From positions 1-53,714 of the forward strand of contig CAZNOC010000003.1 of NCBI GenBank assembly GCA_964574545.1: a stretch of 53,714 nucleotides of DNA, in the 5' to 3' direction. Below the pieces are notes generated by a model. The model worked only from the letters and a program-made list of their open reading frames with translations. It was not told the origin of the DNA and did no database searches. Of the stretch, positions 30,314-38,993 are shown in pieces (position 1 is the stretch's first letter; each line of letters begins with the position of its first letter). The DNA is from an uncultured Bifidobacteriaceae bacterium (GTDB lineage: Bacteria > Acidobacteriota > Vicinamibacteria > Vicinamibacterales > UBA2999). The position numbers and the translations under genes are program-made.

Positions 30314-31684
30314 ATGGCGGCAACACCACCGATCGGGCGTCGTCGGTTCCTCCGCACGGCGCTCGCGGCCGGGGGCCTCACCATGGCCGCGCCACTCGAG
30401 GCGCTGCTGGCACGCGTCCGCGACGACGCGGCGACCAACGGCGTCGGCTACGGCCCGCTCAGCCAGGCCGTGGATGAGACGACCGGCCTGCCGTTGCTGC
30501 ACCTGCCACAGGGATTCCGCTACCTCTCGTTCGGCTGGACGGGCGACCCACTGCGCGGCGGCACTCCCACGCCGCGACTCCCGGACGGGATGGCGGCATT
30601 TCCCGGCCCCGGGAGTTCGATCACCTTGGTCCGCAATCACGAGGTCGGGGCTGGCGAGACGTTCGGCGGCCCTCGCTACGACCGGTCGGCCGGCGGCGGG
30701 ACCACGACGTTGCAGTTCGATCCGGTTCGCGGCCGCGTCACGTCGGAGTGGGCGAGCCTGTCGGGTACTGTTCGCAACTGCGCGGGCGGTCCCACGCCCT
30801 GGGGCACGTGGCTTACCTGCGAGGAGAGCCTTGTCGCCCCCGGGCCCGGATCGTCCTTCAGGCAGCCGCACGGGTACGTCTTCGAGGTGCCGTCGGTGGG
30901 CCGCGCCACCGGGGAGCCGCTCGTCGCCATGGGCCGGTTCGTGCACGAGGCGGTGGCCGTCGATCCCGCGACCGGCATCGTCTACGAGACGGAGGACGCC
31001 CGCGAGTCCGGCTTCTATCGCTTCCTGCCGACCCAGCCACGGGACCTTGCCGCCGGCGGCCGGCTCCAGATGCTTGCCGTGACGGGGAGTCCAGCGATCG
31101 ACCTCCGTACTGGACAGTATCCGAACGCGAGGTATCCGGTCGGCTGGGTGGACATCGACGACCCTGACCGCGCGCACGCCGACGAAGCGGCGGCGGATGG
31201 ACGTGGCGTGTTCCAGCAGGGACGCGAGCAGGGCGCGGCGCTGTTCGGGCGCCTCGAGGGCGCGTGGTACGGCGGCGGGCTCATCTACTTCACGAGCACG
31301 AGCGGCGGCGATGCGCGGATGGGCCAGATCTGGGAATTCGATCCCGCCCGAGACGAACTCCGGCTTGTGTACGAGTCCCCGAGCAAGGACACGCTGAACA
31401 TGCCGGACAACATCTGCGTGAGCCCCCGCGGCGGCCTGGTGCTCTGCGAGGACGGCACGGAGACCCCGTGTCTGCACGGCCTCACGCGCGACGGCCGGAT
31501 CTTCCGGCTTGCGCGAAACAACGTCGTGCTTCAGGGGAGGAAGAACGGGTTCCGCGGCGACTACACGAACAGCGAGTTTGCCGGCGCCACCTTCAGCCCC
31601 GACGGGCGCTGGCTGTTCGTGAACATCATGGCGCCCGGCATCACGTTCGCGATCACAGGGCCGTGGGAGTCTTCAATCCTGTGA
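30314..31684 (+). CDS. phoX: PhoX-family alkaline phosphatase, Tat-exported
   Basis: GRRRFL Tat motif; PDGM, RNHE, NCAGGPTPWGTWLTCEE, HEA, PDN, CED, EFAGATFS. Confidence 0.9.
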   Translation: MAATPPIGRRRFLRTALAAGGLTMAAPLEALLARVRDDAATNGVGYGPLSQAVDETTGLPLLHLPQGFRYLSFGWTGDPLRGGTPTPRLPDGMAAFPGPGSSITLVRNHEVGAGETFGGPRYDRSAGGGTTTLQFDPVRGRVTSEWASLSGTVRNCAGGPTPWGTWLTCEESLVAPGPGSSFRQPHGYVFEVPSVGRATGEPLVAMGRFVHEAVAVDPATGIVYETEDARESGFYRFLPTQPRDLAAGGRLQMLAVTGSPAIDLRTGQYPNARYPVGWVDIDDPDRAHADEAAADGRGVFQQGREQGAALFGRLEGAWYGGGLIYFTSTSGGDARMGQIWEFDPARDELRLVYESPSKDTLNMPDNICVSPRGGLVLCEDGTETPCLHGLTRDGRIFRLARNNVVLQGRKNGFRGDYTNSEFAGATFSPDGRWLFVNIMAPGITFAITGPWESSIL

Positions 31685-31815
31685 TGTGGGGATGTGGGGA
31701 TGTGGGGATCTGATGTGGCGACCGCTCGATGTGGCGATCTGTCTGCCGATCTCGCGATGTATCTCCCGACTGCGAGAGCTGACGCTTTGAAGCTGAGAGC
31801 CGAAAGCTGAGAGCC
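31683..31815. repeat. 8-mer (GATGTGGG) and 7-mer (GCTGAGA) tandem repeats
   Basis: gatgtggg x3 plus variants; gctgaga gccgaaa gctgaga. Confidence 0.7.
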
Positions 31816-31846
31816 CACAGGCGCGAGCCGGGGGTCGCGCGAGCGC

Positions 31847-32413
31847 TTACTTGAAGCTGCGCTCGAAGAGGTCGTGGATCGCCTTGCGGCCCTGTTCGTC
31901 GAGGAACCTCGTGCCGGTGCCGGTCACGTGAATGTGCTCGATGACCGGCTCGTCGGCGCCCTGCCGCGCCGTCCAGCCACCAGTCTCACCGTCCCATTCG
32001 AACCAGCCATGCCTGGCCTGGTCGTAGACGAACAGCGGCTTGTTGCAGAGCTTGGCAAACTCGGCGCCCCACCCCGTGCCGCCGCGTACGGTGTCGTCGT
32101 CCTGGATGGCGCCGATGACGTAGATCTCCTGGCCCGCGTTGATCTGGTACCAGATCGATTGGAGGATCTTCCGGAAGGTGGGCGTGTCGGGGTAGCGGCG
32201 GTGCATCAGCCGAGACACGTAGGCGAGGCTGACATCGCCGGCGGCCAGCTCCTCGTGGTTGAGGACACGCAGCCCGCGTGTGCGGGCGGGCTTGTGCCCT
32301 TCGAACGAGAAGTTGACCTCTTCGATGCCGAAGCGTTCGGCGCACGCCCCGAACTCGGCCTCGGCGCCCTGCGCCCCTCCGCTGAAGAAGATGCAGTCTT
32401 CCCGTGCGAGCAT
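31847..32413 (-). CDS. Conserved hypothetical protein, possible SLOG-superfamily nucleotide-binding protein
   Basis: SGGAxGAE N-terminal motif and GGTGW motif resemble SLOG (Smf/DprA-YpsA-LOG) signatures. Confidence 0.6.
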   Translation of the reverse strand: MLAREDCIFFSGGAQGAEAEFGACAERFGIEEVNFSFEGHKPARTRGLRVLNHEELAAGDVSLAYVSRLMHRRYPDTPTFRKILQSIWYQINAGQEIYVIGAIQDDDTVRGGTGWGAEFAKLCNKPLFVYDQARHGWFEWDGETGGWTARQGADEPVIEHIHVTGTGTRFLDEQGRKAIHDLFERSFK

Positions 32414-32417
32414 CGCG

Positions 32418-33110
32418 CTACTCCTTGTCGCGGTCCTCGATGTCGGCGTCGAGGTCGGTATCGATATCGGCGTCCGTCTCGTCCGCGCCCGTCCCTACCG
32501 CGTCGTCGAGGTCGGTGTCCGTGTCGGTCTCCGGCTTCATGAAGTCCGGCAGGGCGTCGACGGCCTCTTCCTCTTCCTCTTCAAGCGCGTACATCCGGCC
32601 GGTGTGCTTGGTGGGAATCGGACCGCGTGGCTTGTCTTCCTTCTTGACGAAGCCCCCTTTACCGCCCTTCTTCTTGGGTGGCGCGGGCGGGCCGAAGTTG
32701 CGGGCGCGATTGGCGGGCACCTCGGGGCCGGCGTCGCCGCCCCGGAATCCGCCGCCCGGTCGGCTGAAGCCCTCGCCCGACCCGCCGGCCGGCCGCGGCG
32801 CGAAGCCGCCCCCCGGTGGCCGCGGCGCGTATCCACCCGCCGGTCTGGGCGGGCCGCCAGCCTCGCGCGCGCGTGCCTCGCTGACCGCAATCGGACGTCC
32901 CATGAACAGCTGGCCATCGAAGCGCTTGATGGCCTCCTCGGCGTCGGGACGGTCCGCGTACTCGATGAACGCGAATCCACGAGCACGACCCGTCTCTCGG
33001 TCGAGGGGGCGGACGACCTGGGTCGGCGGGGCGACCTGCGAGAAGTGCGCGCGCAGATCGTCGTCAGTGGCGGTGTAGGGGAGATTGCCGATGAAAAGTC
33101 GGACAGGCAC
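32418..33110 (-). CDS. RRM RNA-binding protein with Gly-rich linker and acidic tail
   Basis: RNP2 LFIGNL, RNP1 RGFAFIEY. Confidence 0.92.
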   Translation of the reverse strand: MPVRLFIGNLPYTATDDDLRAHFSQVAPPTQVVRPLDRETGRARGFAFIEYADRPDAEEAIKRFDGQLFMGRPIAVSEARAREAGGPPRPAGGYAPRPPGGGFAPRPAGGSGEGFSRPGGGFRGGDAGPEVPANRARNFGPPAPPKKKGGKGGFVKKEDKPRGPIPTKHTGRMYALEEEEEEAVDALPDFMKPETDTDTDLDDAVGTGADETDADIDTDLDADIEDRDKE

Positions 33111-33328
33111 GGTGTAAGGCTCTCGAGTAGAGAAACGATCCTGGGCTGAAGGGCGTTGACCTCGGCGACTGAACTCCGCTGTGGCTCAGGGCAGTGGGCT
33201 TCGCTCGTGGTTGACGGGTGTGTCAGCGCTAGAAGGGAATGGTGGGTGGCCGAGTGGCCAAGCGGAATCTGACACGCTTCTCGGTTTGAAGCATACCAGA
33301 CTCACCGAACGGCCACAAGGGCGGCCCC

Positions 33329-33583
33329 TCATCGCGCCTCCGGCGCGCCGAGCGCGGCGAGCTGCTCCCGCAGGGCGGTGATCCTCAACTGGACCATGTC
33401 GCGGTGCGCGGGCCGGCACGCGGCGATGAGCTCCGCCTGCGCCTGGGCGAGGGCGAGACCGACGGTGTCGCGCCGCGACTGCTGTTCCCGCTGCTCCGGC
33501 GTCAGCGCCCGGCGTGAAATCCCACCTCGCGCGGCGTCCTGCTGCTGCGACTCGACGGCCTTGCTCTCCCACCCCCGCGCCAT
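33329..33583 (-). CDS. Hypothetical protein (MARGWESKAVESQ...)
   Basis: 84-aa helical ORF with TACGCT -10 box 5 nt upstream. Confidence 0.7.
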   Translation of the reverse strand: MARGWESKAVESQQQDAARGGISRRALTPEQREQQSRRDTVGLALAQAQAELIAACRPAHRDMVQLRITALREQLAALGAPEAR

Positions 33584-33650
33584 GCGGCAGCGTAGGACAG
33601 CTTGCGGAGGGAATGCAAGCCCGCCCCACTTCTCTCGAGCGGGACGCGGG

Positions 33651-33668
33651 CATCCCGAAATCGGACAT
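33651..33668. promoter_or_regulatory. Putative enhancer-binding-protein upstream activator site
   Basis: Imperfect palindrome CATCCCGAAATCGGACAT about 90 bp upstream of a -24/-12 promoter. Confidence 0.5.
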
Positions 33669-33747
33669 CTGCCCTCGACCGCATCGCCGCGAAGGACGTG
33701 GCGCAACCCGTTGCCTTCGCAGTCGGTTAGCAAGACACAACCCGACG

Positions 33748-33763
33748 TGGCAATCCCCTTGCT
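33748..33763 (+). promoter_or_regulatory. Sigma-54 (-24/-12) promoter
   Basis: TGGCAAT-CCCC-TTGCT with GG-N10-GC spacing, about 60 bp upstream of the permease. Confidence 0.7.
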
Positions 33764-33782
33764 ACAAGGGGGGATGACCGAC

Positions 33783-33824
33783 GACCCTGATCCCTGATCC
33801 CTGATTCCCGATCCCTGACTCCCT
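33783..33824. repeat. Heptamer repeat (GATCCCT) x6
   Basis: gaccct gatccct gatccct gattccc gatccct gactccc directly before the ATG. Confidence 0.8.
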
Positions 33825-36263
33825 ATGGACCGCCTCATCCAGGACCTCCGTCACGCGACGCGCATGCTCGGCCGGGCACCGGCCTTCACGCTCGTCGTCA
33901 TCTTCACCCTGGCCGTCGGCATCGGCGCCAACACCGCGATGTTCAGCGTCGTCAACGCGGTGTTGCTGTCGGGTCTGCCGTTCCGGGACGCCGACCGTCT
34001 GCTCGACCTGAACGAGGTCGAGGTGGACAACCGGGCACGAGGCGCCATCGCACCGGCGAACTTCCTCGACTGGCGAGCCCAGGCGCAGAGCTTCGAGGGC
34101 ATGAGCGTCTATCAGGCACGCACCTTCAATGTGGCGACCGGCAGCGGCGAACCCGAGCGGCTGCCGGGGGCCGTGACCTCGACGAACTTCTTCGAGGTGC
34201 TGGGCACGACGCCGCTGCTCGGCCGGGCTTTCACGGTGATGGAGCGGGAGCCGGGAGCGGGCACGAGCGCCGTGTTGAGCTATGGCATCTGGCAGCGCCG
34301 GTTTGCGGGTGACCCGCAGGTGGTCGGGCGGGAGCTGCGGCTGAATGGGGAGCCGTACACCGTGGTCGGCGTGATGCCGGCCACGGTCAACTTCCCGCAG
34401 AACGCGGAGTTCTGGATTCCCGCGACCCACGACCTGCCGGCCGCCGGCGGGGGAGATCCCCGTGAGAATCGTGGTCTGCACTACCTGCGGGGGATCGCGC
34501 GCCTCGAGGAAGGCGTGACCGTCGAGCGGGCCAATGCCGAACTCGAGACGATCGGCCGGCAGCTCGCCGAGGCGTACCCCGATACGAACAGCAGCTTCGT
34601 TCCGATCGTCCGCCCCTTGCAGGAGCAGCTCGTGGGATCGGCGCGCACGCCGCTCTTCATCCTGCTCGGCGCGGTCCTGTGCGTGCTCTTGATCGTGGTC
34701 GCGAATGTGGCCAACCTTCAGATGGCCCGTGCGACCGTCCGCGCACGTGAACTGGCGATTCGGGCGGCCGTGGGTGCCACGCGGGACACCTTGATGCGGC
34801 AGCTGCTCACGGAGAGCGTGTTGCTGGCGCTCGTCGGCGCAGGCATCGGCATCCTGCTGGCGTTCTGGGGCGTGGACCTGATTCTCGCCCTCGACCCCGG
34901 CGAGGTGCCGCGCGTGGCGCCCATTACGGTCGACGGACAGGCGCTGACGTTTGCCGTGGTGCTGTCGGTGGTGACGGGCCTGCTCTTCGGAGTGGGACCG
35001 GCGTGGCAGGCGTCGCGCCCCGACCTGCAGAACACGCTCAAGGACCAGACGCGTGGGTCCACGGGCGACGGCGGACGCCACTACGCGCGCGGAGCCCTTG
35101 TCCTGGCCGAGGTGTCGATCTCGCTCGTGCTGCTCGTCGGCGCCGGACTCCTGTTTCGCAGCCTGATGACGCTGCTCGACGTGCCGCTCGGGTTCACGTC
35201 GAGCCAGGTCCTCACGCTTCAGGTCGCGCCCGCGGGGGAGAACTACCGCTCGCCGGAGCACTTCGTGGGGTATTGGGACCAGCTCGTCGAACGCGTGGCC
35301 GCTGTGCCGGGTGTGGAGCGGGCGGCACTCACCAACTCGGTGCCGCTCGGCGGCAACTTCGGGATCCTTTCGTTCATCGTACAGGGCCGCCCCGAACTGC
35401 CGCCGAACCAGCAGCCCCTCTCGCACTTCGTCTCCGTGTCCCCCGGCTACTTCGCCACGCTCGGGATTCCCGTCGTTCGCGGTCGCGAGTTCGAGCCGGG
35501 CGATGCGGTCGTCTCCCCCCGCGTCATCGTGATCAACGAGGCCATGGCCCGTCGCGAGTTCCCGGACGAGGACCCACTCGGCCGGCGGTTCTCGTTCGGA
35601 GCCGGTCCCGACGGAGAGCCCGCGTGGCTCGAGATCGTCGGTGTCGCCGGCAACGTGCGGCAGTACCGCGCCGACGAAGAGCCGGTGCCGATGACCTACA
35701 CCGTGCACACCAACGCGCCGCAGCAGGCGATGACCATCCTTGTCAGGACGGCCGGGTCGCCGGCGGCGATGACGCCCTCCGTGCGCGCCGCCATCCAGGG
35801 GCTTGACGCCGCCCTGCCCATCTCGCGAGCGCGGCCGCTCGATGAGGTCGTCGGCGCGTCGCTCGCGCAGCGCCGATTCAACATGACGCTGCTGATGGTG
35901 TTTGCCGGGATCGCGCTCGTGCTGGCCATTGCCGGGATCTATGGCACCGTGGCCTACGCCGTGGCGCAGCGGACTTCGGAGATCGGGATCCGGCTCGCGC
36001 TGGGCGCGACCCCCGGGGAGATCCTCCGGCTCGTGTTGTTCCAGGCGTTCAAGCCGGTAGCCGCCGGTCTGGTGGTCGGCGTGCTTGTCTCGTGGCTGAT
36101 GTCACGCACGCTCGAGCGCCTCGTGTACGGAATCAGCACGAGCGATCCGGTCACGTTCCTGGCGCTCCCGGCCCTGCTGGCGGCCGTCGCCCTCGTCGCC
36201 AGCGGCATCCCCGCGATTCGCGCCATGCGCGTCGATCCGATGATCGCGCTGCGCGTGGACTGA
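33825..36263 (+). CDS. Acidobacterial duplicated orphan permease (ADOP, two MacB/FtsX units)
   Basis: DLRHAxRML...GIGANTAMFSVVNAVLL, ANVANL, RExAIRAAxGA, QRTxEIGIRLALGA, DPMIALR. Confidence 0.93.
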   Translation: MDRLIQDLRHATRMLGRAPAFTLVVIFTLAVGIGANTAMFSVVNAVLLSGLPFRDADRLLDLNEVEVDNRARGAIAPANFLDWRAQAQSFEGMSVYQARTFNVATGSGEPERLPGAVTSTNFFEVLGTTPLLGRAFTVMEREPGAGTSAVLSYGIWQRRFAGDPQVVGRELRLNGEPYTVVGVMPATVNFPQNAEFWIPATHDLPAAGGGDPRENRGLHYLRGIARLEEGVTVERANAELETIGRQLAEAYPDTNSSFVPIVRPLQEQLVGSARTPLFILLGAVLCVLLIVVANVANLQMARATVRARELAIRAAVGATRDTLMRQLLTESVLLALVGAGIGILLAFWGVDLILALDPGEVPRVAPITVDGQALTFAVVLSVVTGLLFGVGPAWQASRPDLQNTLKDQTRGSTGDGGRHYARGALVLAEVSISLVLLVGAGLLFRSLMTLLDVPLGFTSSQVLTLQVAPAGENYRSPEHFVGYWDQLVERVAAVPGVERAALTNSVPLGGNFGILSFIVQGRPELPPNQQPLSHFVSVSPGYFATLGIPVVRGREFEPGDAVVSPRVIVINEAMARREFPDEDPLGRRFSFGAGPDGEPAWLEIVGVAGNVRQYRADEEPVPMTYTVHTNAPQQAMTILVRTAGSPAAMTPSVRAAIQGLDAALPISRARPLDEVVGASLAQRRFNMTLLMVFAGIALVLAIAGIYGTVAYAVAQRTSEIGIRLALGATPGEILRLVLFQAFKPVAAGLVVGVLVSWLMSRTLERLVYGISTSDPVTFLALPALLAAVALVASGIPAIRAMRVDPMIALRVD

Positions 36264-36312
36264 CGAGGTTCGCACGACCGTCTGCCCTCGTATTACAATC
36301 CATCCGTTCCTC

Positions 36313-36340
36313 GCGGGGGGCCGTTCAAAGGCCCCCCTAC
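36313..36340 (-). repeat. GTAG-type REP-like palindrome
   Basis: Minus strand reads GTAG-GGGGGCC-TTTGAAC-GGCCCCC. Confidence 0.5.
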
Positions 36341-36457
36341 TTGCCCTGCCAACTCGCGGGAGGGCAGATGGAGGCGTCAGCGAGCATGCGCGGGAGGCGT
36401 GTGCCCGGGCGCCTTCGCTCCCGGCGATCTGCTTCCGCGCGCCACAAGGAGCCGACG

Positions 36458-36853
36458 ATGACGACGTTTCAGTCCATCATCCCCAACCTCATCGTGCGCG
36501 ACATCGACGCGAGCGCGCGCTTCTACCAGGAAGTGCTCGGCTTTGCCGTCAAGACGACCGTGCCGGACGAGGCGCCCTTCGTCTTCGTCTGGCTCGAGCG
36601 CGATGGTGTGCCGGTGTTCCTGAACGATGCGGCGACGGTGGACCACGACCTTCCGGGCGCGGGTCACCGGCCGCCCGGCGGGACGGCGACCCTCTTCTTC
36701 ACGGTGACCGACGTCGACGCGTACCATCGCCTCGTTGCGCCCCGTGCCAAGGTGGTCATGCCGCTCAAGACACAGTTCTACGGGATGCGGGAATTTGCGA
36801 TCGAGGACCCGGACGGGCACATCCTCACGTTTGCCGAAAAGGTCGGCGGGTGA
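36458..36853 (+). CDS. VOC/glyoxalase family protein
   Basis: L.VRDI..S..FY..VLGF ... QFYGMREF.IEDPDG; AAGGAG RBS. Confidence 0.9.
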   Translation: MTTFQSIIPNLIVRDIDASARFYQEVLGFAVKTTVPDEAPFVFVWLERDGVPVFLNDAATVDHDLPGAGHRPPGGTATLFFTVTDVDAYHRLVAPRAKVVMPLKTQFYGMREFAIEDPDGHILTFAEKVGG

Positions 36854-37686
36854 GCGAGTTCCGTTCGGTGCCGCCCGCCGAGGCGCAGGCGCTTGTCGAG
36901 GCCGGCGCCGTACACGTGCTCGACGTGCGGACGCCCGACGAGTTCCGGCGCCTGGGGCACATCCCGGGGGCCTGGCTCCTGCCCGTGGACCTCGTCGCGG
37001 CGGCGCCGCCCGTGCTCCCACGGGACGGAAAGCCCGTGCTTGTCTACTGCGAGCACGGTGTCCGCAGCGTCGCGGCGTGTCAGTGGCTCGGCCTCGCCGG
37101 CGTGACGCCCCTGATCAACATGGCGGGCGGCATGTCTGCCTGGACCGGGCCGCGCGTCTTCGGCCCCGGCATCGTGCACGGGCCCTCGACGTGGCTGCTC
37201 GAGCACGCCGACCTGATCCCGCCGAACGCGCGCGTGCTGGATGTGGCGTCGGGCCGTGGCAGGCACGCGCTGCTGCTGGCGGCGTCCGGCTTCGAGGTGA
37301 CGGCTGTCGATCGGGATGCCGAGGCGCTCGCGTGGCTGGCGGCGACGGCGGCGCGTGCAGGGGTCGCGATCGCGACAGAAGCCCGCGACCTCCAAACGGG
37401 AGACGACGTGGAGTTTGGAGAGGGCCGGTTCGACCTCGTGCTGGTCTTCAACTACCTCCATCGGCCGTTGTTCCCGGCGATCGTCAAAGCGCTCGCGCCC
37501 GGTGGCGTCCTGTTCTACGAGACCTTTCTCGTCGGCCAGGAAGCACGGGGCGGCCCGAAGAACCCGGCGTTCCTGCTCGAACCGGGTGAGCTCCCGTCGA
37601 GGGTCGCACCGCTTGTGGTGGTGCGCCAGCGCGAGGGCGAGGTGGACGGCAAGCTGACGAGCGCGGTAGTAGCGCGGAGGGACTGA
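36850..37686 (+). CDS. Rhodanese / class I SAM methyltransferase (TehB-like) fusion
   Basis: LDVR..EF..GHIPGA and YCEHGVRS rhodanese motifs; VLDVASGRGRH, FNYLHR, L.PGG methyltransferase motifs. Confidence 0.85.
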   Translation: MSEFRSVPPAEAQALVEAGAVHVLDVRTPDEFRRLGHIPGAWLLPVDLVAAAPPVLPRDGKPVLVYCEHGVRSVAACQWLGLAGVTPLINMAGGMSAWTGPRVFGPGIVHGPSTWLLEHADLIPPNARVLDVASGRGRHALLLAASGFEVTAVDRDAEALAWLAATAARAGVAIATEARDLQTGDDVEFGEGRFDLVLVFNYLHRPLFPAIVKALAPGGVLFYETFLVGQEARGGPKNPAFLLEPGELPSRVAPLVVVRQREGEVDGKLTSAVVARRD

Positions 37687-37725
37687 GGCCGGGCTGCGCC
37701 ACGCCGGCGCTTGTACCGGGAGTCG

Positions 37726-38079
37726 TCAGGCGGTAGGCGCCAACTGAGCGACGGCGCGCTCGATGGCGACGGCGGTCACCCTGAAATGCGACGCGTGCCA
37801 GACGAGACGGCCTTCGTGAACGACAAGGACCTGGGGCGACTCGTGCCTGACGCCGAAGCGTTCCTCGACGGCATCTGAGACGCGCCGGCTCGCCTGGACG
37901 GGCACGAGGGAGACGTCGGCGGGGAGGCCGGGGCCGGCAAGAAGTGCTTCCACCTCGTCGTACGCCTGGGCGCTGGTGCCGCACGTCCGGCTGTGCTTGA
38001 AGATCACCGCAGGGCGGGTGAATGAGGCCTCGATGGCGGCTTCGAGTTCCTCCAGGGTGGTCAACTGGCGTATCAGCAT
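37726..38079 (-). CDS. ytxJ: Monothiol bacilliredoxin YtxJ/BrxC family
   Basis: IFKHS.TC..S and VRHESPQVL...WHASH motifs. Confidence 0.9.
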   Translation of the reverse strand: MLIRQLTTLEELEAAIEASFTRPAVIFKHSRTCGTSAQAYDEVEALLAGPGLPADVSLVPVQASRRVSDAVEERFGVRHESPQVLVVHEGRLVWHASHFRVTAVAIERAVAQLAPTA

Positions 38080-38160
38080 CCAGACGATCCTATCAGGCGG
38101 ACCCGACTCGACCTTTTGTGGTATTGCCGCCGGCGGAGCCGCGGCCGTAGCATCGGGGAG

Positions 38161-38745
38161 ATGCCCGTTGTTCTGCTGGTGATGCTCAGCCTGCTGCCGG
38201 CGGTCGCTCGCGCCCAGCCGGCGCCCCCCTCGCCGCTGACGGCCGGCGCACAGGAGTTGGCGGTTGGGGGCGGCGCTGCCTGGGGAGTGGCAGTGTTTCA
38301 CTCCGCCTCCGGCTATGACTTTGCGTTCCAGTCGGCGTCCTGGGGCCGTGTCCTCACGGCGCCGCGCGGCCCCGGGATCCTGCGCGGCCGTCTGCAGTGG
38401 GCCGTGGAGGTCGTGCCGGTCTTCGGCCAGTACGAGCCTCGCAAGGTCTACGGCGTCGGATTGAGCCCGATCATCTGGCGCTGGAACTTCGAGCGGGGCG
38501 CTCAGGTGCTTCCGTTCGTCGAGTTGGGCGGCGGAGGCCTGTGGACCACCGCCCCCGTTCCCGATCGGACCACCGACAGCAACTTCACGGCTCACGTGGG
38601 CGCGGGTGTCCGCTGGCTGACGGGCGCCCGCCAGGGCCTCGTGATCGCCTACCGCTTCCATCACATCTCGAACGGCAACAGCATCCAGAGCAATCCGGGC
38701 GTCAACAGCCACCAGGCGTACGTCGGCTGGACCTGGATTCGGTGA
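38161..38745 (+). CDS. Acyloxyacyl hydrolase / PagL-like lipid A deacylase beta-barrel
   Basis: Signal peptide; PFVELGGG; YRFHHISNG...NPGVN. Confidence 0.8.
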   Translation: MPVVLLVMLSLLPAVARAQPAPPSPLTAGAQELAVGGGAAWGVAVFHSASGYDFAFQSASWGRVLTAPRGPGILRGRLQWAVEVVPVFGQYEPRKVYGVGLSPIIWRWNFERGAQVLPFVELGGGGLWTTAPVPDRTTDSNFTAHVGAGVRWLTGARQGLVIAYRFHHISNGNSIQSNPGVNSHQAYVGWTWIR

Positions 38746-38993
38746 ACGGTGGACGGTGAACGGTGAACGGTGGTCGGTGGACGGTGGACGGTGGACGGTG
38801 ATCGGGGTCTGGGATCGGGGCTCAGGGGGGCACTGTCATTCTACCGATCCCCGATCCCCGATCCCCGATCCCGGTCCCCGGTCCCCGATCCCCGATCCCC
38901 GATCCCGGTCCCCGGTCCCCGGTCCCCGGTCCCTGGTCCCTGGTCCCTGGTCCCTGTCCCCGATCCCCGTTCACCGTTCACCGTTCACCGTTC
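38740..38993. repeat. Compound inverted heptamer array (CGGTGRA/GGGGATC ... GATCCCC/GGTCCCY/GTTCACC)
   Basis: About 30 heptamer units arranged as two inverted arms between convergent genes. Confidence 0.92.

Noticed and set aside
33241-33298. tRNA-like start GGTGGGTGGCCGAGTGG...ACCA
   Set aside because: Too short, with no proper anticodon or T arm; better explained as part of the RRM upstream hairpin region
33699-33714. Second sigma-54-like motif TGGCGC...TTGC
   Set aside because: GG-GC spacing is 11 nt rather than the required 10
38740-38993. Possible CRISPR array, or small ORFs 38756..39028 and 38770..39036
   Set aside because: Contiguous 7-bp units without unique spacers and no cas genes; the ORFs are translations of the repeats
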